Source: Polyangiales bacterium
GTDB lineage: Bacteria; Myxococcota_A; Polyangia; Polyangiales; Polyangiaceae
Assembly: GCA_038231275.1 (NCBI GenBank)
Contig: JBBRLQ010000017.1
Span: 96,001-160,000, forward strand
Direction: 5' to 3'
DNA: 64,000 nt
The position numbers and the translations under genes were made by a program. Under the pieces are notes generated by a model that had not been told where the DNA came from, did no database searches, and was given only the letters and a program-made list of their open reading frames with translations. Shown here in pieces: positions 58,578-64,000 of the stretch. The first letter of the stretch is position 1; every line of letters starts with the position of its first letter.

Positions 58578-60509
58578 ATGCGCGTCACTCCTTTCTCCTC
58601 CTTCTCTCTTCTGCTTGCTCTGACCCTGCCCGCGAGCGCGCTCTACGCGTGCGGGAGCACTTCGTCGAACGGCGGCACGCCGGGAGGCGGCGACGACGCG
58701 GGGGACGAGGGCGCGATCTTCCAGGACGGCGGCACCTTCGGCGACGCGCCCGGCCAGGACGCGTTCGCGCAGGGCACGTTCAACGCGCCCGATTGTCCGG
58801 GCTGCACCTTCCCGCCCGATCCGGCGCCGGCGTGCGATCCCGCGACTCCCGCGATCACGCTCGTCTACCCGACCGATGGCGTCCTCGTGCCGCCGAACAT
58901 GAACACCATCTCGGTGCAGTGGACGCCGTTCGGCGCGCCGTTCACCGAGTTCGAGGTCGACTTCGCGAACGGCAACACCGACATGCGCGTCATCACCAAG
59001 TGCGCGACGCAGACGGTCGACACCGCCCAGCCCCCAGTCCCGTCGGGCGGCTGCGATCTCGAGCTCGATCCGAAGATGTGGGCGTTCGTGGCCACCGCGA
59101 ACCGCGGCGGCGATCCGGTCACCGTCACCGTGCGCGGCACCACCGACGGCAAGTGCGCGAACAAGTCGACGACGTCGATCAAGATGTCGTTCGCCAACGA
59201 GGACGTGCTCGGCGGAATCTACTACTGGAAGTCCACGGTCAGCGCCGCCGGCGTCGGCGGGCAGATCTGGGTGAAGAGCTTCGGCGACGCGGTGCCCGAG
59301 GCGCTCGTCACCACCAACTCGGCGACGTGCAACGGCTGCCACGCGCTCTCGCGCGACGGCGTGCGCATGACGATCTACTCCGACGACGACGACTCGGACG
59401 ACGAGTACGGCGACGTCCGCGGCACGCTCATCGACATGACGAAGACGCCGAAGGTCACGATAGGCGGCGCGTTCGGCGCAGGCTTCAGCACGTTCTCGCC
59501 CGACCACTCGAACTTCCTGTCGTCGAACGGCAACGGCAACGGCACCACCAACCTGCTGAACCTGCAGAACGGCCTCACCGGCGGCGCGGCGACGCCGATC
59601 ACGGTGGGCGCGGCCGGCGAGCGGCCGACGATGCCGGACTGGTCGCCCGACGGGAAGACGGTCGTGTACGTGAAGCCTACGCTGGTCGGGCAGTGGAACG
59701 GCACGAGCCGCAAGGACGACGACCACGTCTTCGGCGGGAGCCTCTTCACGCTTCCGTACAACGGCGGCGGCGCGTTCGGAACGGAGACCGCGCTCCTGCC
59801 GTCGGCCGGCGAGAACAACTACTACCCGAGCTATTCGCCGGACGGGCAGTTCATCATGTTCAACCGCGCGCCGCACGACACCACCGTCGCGACGATCGAC
59901 GGCTGCGTCGGGACGGTGCCGCAGCGCTCGTGCCCGAACGACAGCTTCTCGAACCCCGCCGCGCGCGTCATGCTCCTCTCGACGGCGGCCGGCTCCGCGC
60001 CGGTGGATTTGCAGGCGGCCAATGGTTCTCCTGCCGCGTCACCCAAGCCGCTCTCCAACTCGTGGCCGCGCTGGTCGCCGTTCGTGCAGACGTACAAGGG
60101 TCAGCGCCTCCTCTGGATCACGTTCTCCTCGACGCGCGACTACGGGCTCCTCGTGCGTAACCACAAGACGGGCATGTACCAGTGCTACCCGTCCGACAGC
60201 TTCGAGGATCCGGGCTCGTCGCACGGCCAGAAGTTCCAGCCGACGTGCCAGCAGCCGCAGCTCTGGATGGCGGCGGTGAACCTCGATCCGAAGGCGACCG
60301 ATCCGTCGCACACCGCGTTCTGGCTGCCGTTCCAGGACATCAAGACGCACAACCACACTCCGCAGTGGACGCAGACGATCGCGGACAAGCCGCCCGCGGA
60401 CGGCGGGGCCTGCATCACGAGCGGCGGCGACTGCCGCGCGAACCCCGGCGGCTGCTGCTCGGGCTTCTCGTGCGGCGCCGACGGGACCTGCAGCCCGATC
60501 ATCCGCTGA
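58578..60509 (+). CDS. TolB/PD40-like beta-propeller lipoprotein with a CxxCH motif
   Basis: Lipobox LYA-C; PDWSPDG, YPSYSPDG, SWPRWSP; TCNGCHALSRDG; C-terminal Cys-knot-like tail. Confidence 0.8.
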   Translation: MRVTPFSSFSLLLALTLPASALYACGSTSSNGGTPGGGDDAGDEGAIFQDGGTFGDAPGQDAFAQGTFNAPDCPGCTFPPDPAPACDPATPAITLVYPTDGVLVPPNMNTISVQWTPFGAPFTEFEVDFANGNTDMRVITKCATQTVDTAQPPVPSGGCDLELDPKMWAFVATANRGGDPVTVTVRGTTDGKCANKSTTSIKMSFANEDVLGGIYYWKSTVSAAGVGGQIWVKSFGDAVPEALVTTNSATCNGCHALSRDGVRMTIYSDDDDSDDEYGDVRGTLIDMTKTPKVTIGGAFGAGFSTFSPDHSNFLSSNGNGNGTTNLLNLQNGLTGGAATPITVGAAGERPTMPDWSPDGKTVVYVKPTLVGQWNGTSRKDDDHVFGGSLFTLPYNGGGAFGTETALLPSAGENNYYPSYSPDGQFIMFNRAPHDTTVATIDGCVGTVPQRSCPNDSFSNPAARVMLLSTAAGSAPVDLQAANGSPAASPKPLSNSWPRWSPFVQTYKGQRLLWITFSSTRDYGLLVRNHKTGMYQCYPSDSFEDPGSSHGQKFQPTCQQPQLWMAAVNLDPKATDPSHTAFWLPFQDIKTHNHTPQWTQTIADKPPADGGACITSGGDCRANPGGCCSGFSCGADGTCSPIIR

Positions 60510-60531
60510 TCGATCCGCGGACGAACGCGGA

Positions 60532-61587
60532 TCAGCCGTCGTCGTCGTCGACGCGGCGGCCGGTACGCTCCATGTACGCCGTCATCGCGTTCGCGGTGGC
60601 GGCGACGAGCGGCACGACCTTGGGGTAGTCCATGCGCGTGGGGCCGATGACGCCGAGCGTGCCCGCGGCGCGGCCGTGATCGGTGACGACGGCGCCGATG
60701 ATCGAGATTTGACCGCCGCCGAGCTCGCCGGCCTCGCGTCCGACGACGACGGTGGCGCCGTTGGCCGCGAGCGTCGCCTCGAGGAGAAGCACCAGGCGCT
60801 CCTGCGCGTCGAGCGCGGAGACCACCTTCTTCATGTCGTCGGCGTCGGCGAAGTCCGGCTGATCGAGGAGGAGCGCGCGCCCCTCGATGACCAGATCCTG
60901 CCCGGCATCCAAGGACTCGGCGACGACCTGGCCGCCGAGCTCGAACGCGCGACGCCGGACCACATCGTGCTGCACGCGCTCGTCGGCGAGGCGGCGCGCG
61001 AACAGGTCACGGAGCTCGCCGAGGTTGCGCCCGTCGACGACGTCGTCGAGCACGCTGTGGATGCGAATGAGCTCGTCCTCGGTGACGCTCGCCTTGAGGA
61101 AGCGGTTCTGCACGGCGCCGTTCGACATGACGAGGACCGCGAGCAGCTCGCCCGGCACCGTACGGATGAAGCGGACGTGCTTCAAGGTGAGCGTCTCGGC
61201 GCGCGGCGCGACGACGAGCGCGGCGGTGCCGGTCAGATCGCTGAGCAGGCGCCCCGCTTCGCGCAGGACGTTCTGGCCGGGGTGCATCTCTTCGAACCGC
61301 GCGCGGATGCGGGCCTGATCTTGCGGCTGGAGCGCCTGCACCTCCATCATCGCGTCGATGAAGAGGCGGAACGCGCGATCGGTCGGCACGCGGCCGGCGC
61401 TGGTGTGCGGCTGCCGCAGGTACCCGAGCTCTTCGAGATCGGCGAGCACGTTGCGAATGCTGGCCGGCGACAGATCGATGCCGACCTTCTTCGACAAGGT
61501 GCGCGACCCCACCGGCTCGCCCGTCGCGACGAACTCGGTGACGGCGGCGTAGAGGATCTGCCGGGCGCGTGAGCTCAGCTCCGCCAT
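60532..61587 (-). CDS. hrcA: Heat-inducible transcription repressor HrcA
   Basis: TGEPVGSRTL, SPASIRN, QPHTSAGRVPT, GVIGPTRMDY; start placed at ATG 61587. Confidence 0.95.
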   Translation of the reverse strand: MAELSSRARQILYAAVTEFVATGEPVGSRTLSKKVGIDLSPASIRNVLADLEELGYLRQPHTSAGRVPTDRAFRLFIDAMMEVQALQPQDQARIRARFEEMHPGQNVLREAGRLLSDLTGTAALVVAPRAETLTLKHVRFIRTVPGELLAVLVMSNGAVQNRFLKASVTEDELIRIHSVLDDVVDGRNLGELRDLFARRLADERVQHDVVRRRAFELGGQVVAESLDAGQDLVIEGRALLLDQPDFADADDMKKVVSALDAQERLVLLLEATLAANGATVVVGREAGELGGGQISIIGAVVTDHGRAAGTLGVIGPTRMDYPKVVPLVAATANAMTAYMERTGRRVDDDDG

Positions 61588-61594
61588 GAGCTTC

Positions 61595-61600
61595 ATTTTA
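61595..61600 (-). promoter_or_regulatory. -10 hexamer TAAAAT of a probable leaderless hrcA promoter
   Basis: Near-consensus -10, 7 nt spacer, ATG 61587. Confidence 0.55.
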
Positions 61601-61637
61601 GTCCGTCCACGCCATTCCGGAAAGCCGTCACACCTTT

Positions 61638-61661
61638 GACCACATGCTCGACCACGTGCTC
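61638..61661. repeat. Tandem 12-mer GACCAC(A/G)TGCTC x2 between divergent genes
   Basis: Direct repeat with one mismatch. Confidence 0.5.
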
Positions 61662-61696
61662 GGCGCCGCAGATTGGCCCGCTCCGGCCTGGCGCGC

Positions 61697-61702
61697 TACG
61701 GT
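61697..61702 (+). promoter_or_regulatory. Putative -10 hexamer TACGGT of a leaderless promoter
   Basis: TANNNT, 6 nt spacer, ATG 61709. Confidence 0.4.
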
Positions 61703-61708
61703 CGGCCC

Positions 61709-62476
61709 ATGCGGCGTCGCTGCACCTTCGCCTCGATCGTCTCCGCGCTGGCGGCGATGACCTCGTTGGCGTCGCTAGGGTGCGCGCACGAAGATCGCCG
61801 GCAACCGAACGTGTCGTTCGCGTTCTCGGGGCCGGTCTTCGAGAAAGAGGATCCGACGCAGACGCCTGCGTACCGGTACGCGAGCCTCGGCCGGGAGGCG
61901 TGCGAGGCCGAGCTCGGCGCGCGGGCGATTCCCTTCATGCGCGTCGATGGCGCGCGCGCGGTGCTGGCCCCGGTGCGGCTGACCGGTCCGATCCGCGGCA
62001 TCGCGATCCATTCGGTCTTGCCGGCGAAGCAGCGCGCGACCTCACCGCTCGAGATCCTCGACTGCCGCCTGGTGCTCGCCCTCGACGACTTCGCGCAGCT
62101 CCTCGTGCGCTACGACGTGGTCGAGGTCGTCCACATGTCCGTCTACCGCCCGCCGCGCAAGACGTGGCCAGAGGGTCGCATCGGCACCCGCCACGACGGC
62201 GCGCTCGCCATCGACATCGGTAAGTTCATCCGCAAGGACGGCACGGCGCTCGACGTCGAGAAGGACTTCCACGGCCGCATCGGCACCAGGACCTGCGGCC
62301 CCAACACCGGACCGTCACCGGTCACGCCCGAAGCGACGGCGCTGCGAAGCATGATCTGCGACGCGGCCGATCAGAAGCTCTTCAACGTGGAGCTCACGCC
62401 CGACTACAACTGGCAGCACCGCAATCACTTCCACCTCGAAGTCACCGCCAACGTGAAGTGGTTCCTGGTGCACTGA
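61709..62476 (+). CDS. Extensin-like C-terminal domain lipoprotein (M15-like fold)
   Basis: Lipobox SLG-C; CRLVLAL, YR..HDGALAIDI, LTPDYNWQHRNHFHLE. Confidence 0.82.
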   Translation: MRRRCTFASIVSALAAMTSLASLGCAHEDRRQPNVSFAFSGPVFEKEDPTQTPAYRYASLGREACEAELGARAIPFMRVDGARAVLAPVRLTGPIRGIAIHSVLPAKQRATSPLEILDCRLVLALDDFAQLLVRYDVVEVVHMSVYRPPRKTWPEGRIGTRHDGALAIDIGKFIRKDGTALDVEKDFHGRIGTRTCGPNTGPSPVTPEATALRSMICDAADQKLFNVELTPDYNWQHRNHFHLEVTANVKWFLVH

Positions 62477-62494
62477 AGTGGAGCGAAGCGCAGC

Positions 62495-62509
62495 GGAGCG
62501 AAACGCTCC
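62495..62509. terminator. Short hairpin GGAGCG-AAA-CGCTCC between convergent genes
   Basis: Perfect 6 bp stem, no U-tract. Confidence 0.3.
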
Positions 62510-62536
62510 TGCCTTGAGTCGCTGCGCGCCTCCGAG

Positions 62537-62779
62537 CTAGCCCCACGTGCGCGCGCGGTGCCAGGCTTCGTAGGTGACGCCGCGCGGGGCCGTCTCGGTG
62601 ATGACGCGGCACGGATCACGCTCGGGCTCTTCGAGGAGGGCGAAGTCGAGGTCGAGATCCGACGACTGCTGCGCGCGCGTGATCTCGAACGGGTCGATGA
62701 GCGTGCCTTGGCGCGGACGGTAGGCGGGCGCCTCGGCGGGCTGACCCCAGCGGTCGAAATGGTCGGTCAGGGTTTGCAT
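62537..62779 (-). CDS. Small hypothetical protein (80 aa)
   Basis: GC3-biased ORF directly downstream of a sigma54 box. Confidence 0.55.
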   Translation of the reverse strand: MQTLTDHFDRWGQPAEAPAYRPRQGTLIDPFEITRAQQSSDLDLDFALLEEPERDPCRVITETAPRGVTYEAWHRARTWG

Positions 62780-62792
62780 GGTTCGTTACTAA

Positions 62793-62807
62793 GCAATGCC
62801 TGCGCCA
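62793..62807 (-). promoter_or_regulatory. Sigma54 -24/-12 element (TGGCGC-AGGCA-TTGC)
   Basis: GG-N10-GC; ATG 62779 follows after 13 nt. Confidence 0.65.
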
Positions 62808-62914
62808 CCGCGAAGAGGCCGAAAAGGGGCGCGGTGCGCGGTCGGCGCGAGACGATCGGCCGTCTTTTGCCGGCCCGAAGCGGCGAGGTATGGCCCTGGT
62901 TCACCGGCGACTCA

Positions 62915-62964
62915 GGCGCCTCCACTTGTCGGGTGGCGCCTCCACTTGTCAGGGCCTCCTCTTG
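62915..62964. repeat. Direct repeat GGCGCCTCCACTTGTC x2 (20 bp period) plus a degenerate third copy; candidate enhancer
   Basis: Identical 16-mers at 62915-62930 and 62935-62950; GCCTCCTCTTG at 62954-62964. Confidence 0.65.
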
Positions 62965-63154
62965 ATAGGGCTTTTACTTGGGCGGCGTTCGTCGGGGCGC
63001 AGTAGTCGCATCGCGCGGAGCCGGCGCGCACAGAACGCCGTTCTGCATCGTCGACGCACAGCCGGGTCTGACCCGCGTAACCGGCCTATCCGACGGCACG
63101 ATCGCGCCTGGTCGGATCCTGCGCGCGTTGCGCAAGCCGTTGGCCGCGGCTCGC

Positions 63155-63901
63155 TCATTGGCATTCGAGTGCGCACTTTTGGAAACCGCACGCGTACACG
63201 TTGTTCTCGGCTTGGGTCGGCGGCTTGCTCAGGCAGTCGTTGGCGCACCCGAATCCGCCGCCGGCCGCCCGACAGCCGTTGAAGCATGCAAACGACGTCA
63301 TGCACGCCCCTTCGAGGAGGCATACGCCCTGTTCTTGGCAACAGCCCGCAGCGATGCACGCGCCGCAGTCGCCCGCCGCTGGCGGACAGGCGAAGGGTCC
63401 TCCGCAAACGAACGCGCTGCATCGACCGGTGCAGCATTCAGAAGGAGACGAGCACGACGTGCGGTCCGCTTTGCATGAAGATCGCGTACCGCCGCAGGTG
63501 CCACCGGCGCACGCGAGCCCGCTGCAGCAGTCGGCCGTCTCTCGGCACGTCGCGCCGGGAGGTGCGCACTCCGGAACCTTGGGCGGGTGGCCGCACGACC
63601 CGTTCCAACAGGAGAGTGCGCCACAGCATGTCGACGCCCAGGTGCACGAAAAGCCAAACTCGAGGCAGGCCGGCTCAGCGATTTCGCACTTGCCCGCCTC
63701 GCACCCGCCACTGCAACAGTCGAGCGCGTCCGTGCAGCGGAGGCCGCTCCGGATGCAGGTCGGCGCGGTGGACCCCCCTCCGTCGACATCGCCGGGCGCA
63801 GACGCCAGGTCGTCGTCGAGGCTCGAGCGGCCACAGCCGCAGACCAGACAGACCAGGCAGGCCCATCGGCACGCCCAGGTGCCAACGAGCCGAAGCGCCA
63901 T
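63155..63901 (-). CDS. Cys-rich repeat lipoprotein
   Basis: GGGAGA SD; lipobox-like VCG-C; repeated C-x6-C-x5-CC-x3/4-C-x4-C modules. Confidence 0.75.
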   Translation of the reverse strand: MALRLVGTWACRWACLVCLVCGCGRSSLDDDLASAPGDVDGGGSTAPTCIRSGLRCTDALDCCSGGCEAGKCEIAEPACLEFGFSCTWASTCCGALSCWNGSCGHPPKVPECAPPGATCRETADCCSGLACAGGTCGGTRSSCKADRTSCSSPSECCTGRCSAFVCGGPFACPPAAGDCGACIAAGCCQEQGVCLLEGACMTSFACFNGCRAAGGGFGCANDCLSKPPTQAENNVYACGFQKCALECQ

Positions 63902-64000
63902 CTCTCCCGTCTCTGATCTCGTCACCACACGCCGCGAATGGCCGGCGTCGCGTGACTCTTGTAAAGAATCGCTGCCGTGGCGCCTCTTGGCTGGGACGGG

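Noticed and set aside
62915..62964. Possible mini-CRISPR array or iterons
   Set aside because: Only two full 16 bp copies with a 4 bp spacer; no cas or rep gene in the window.

Overview
This is a GC-rich, densely coding chromosomal window, very likely from a myxobacterium (Myxococcota, Polyangiales/Sorangiineae-like). The clues are a MYXO-CTERM protein, many Cys-rich 'DAG'-linker lipoproteins, PEGA/TPR/VCBS-kinase modules and an SgmX-like TPR protein. It holds about 52 CDS and no rRNA, tRNA, CRISPR array, transposase or prophage gene that I could recognise. Recognisable genes are pilB-pilT, moeB/moeZ, dtd, pdxA, tldD, skp-lpxD-fabZ-lpxA-prs and hrcA, plus a CDF metal exporter, a Mesh1-like HD hydrolase and two Ser/Thr kinases. 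The most notable patterns are as follows. (1) An apparently leaderless promoter architecture recurs: sigma54-type GG-N10-GC boxes lie 12-13 nt before ATG at five genes (one box has AG instead of GG), including the lipid A operon, and TANNNT hexamers lie 6-7 nt before the start codon at six genes. (2) A response regulator/AAA+ 'pseudo-enhancer-binding protein' keeps its receiver and Walker A but lacks GAFTGA, the Walker B Asp, the Arg finger and the HTH; it sits behind its own sigma54 box, divergent from a histidine kinase. (3) Several other apparent pseudo-enzymes occur (5'-nucleotidase, FKBP, zincin, and a thioester-less alpha-2-macroglobulin with a GspG-like insert). All calls come from reading motifs by eye; no database search was run.
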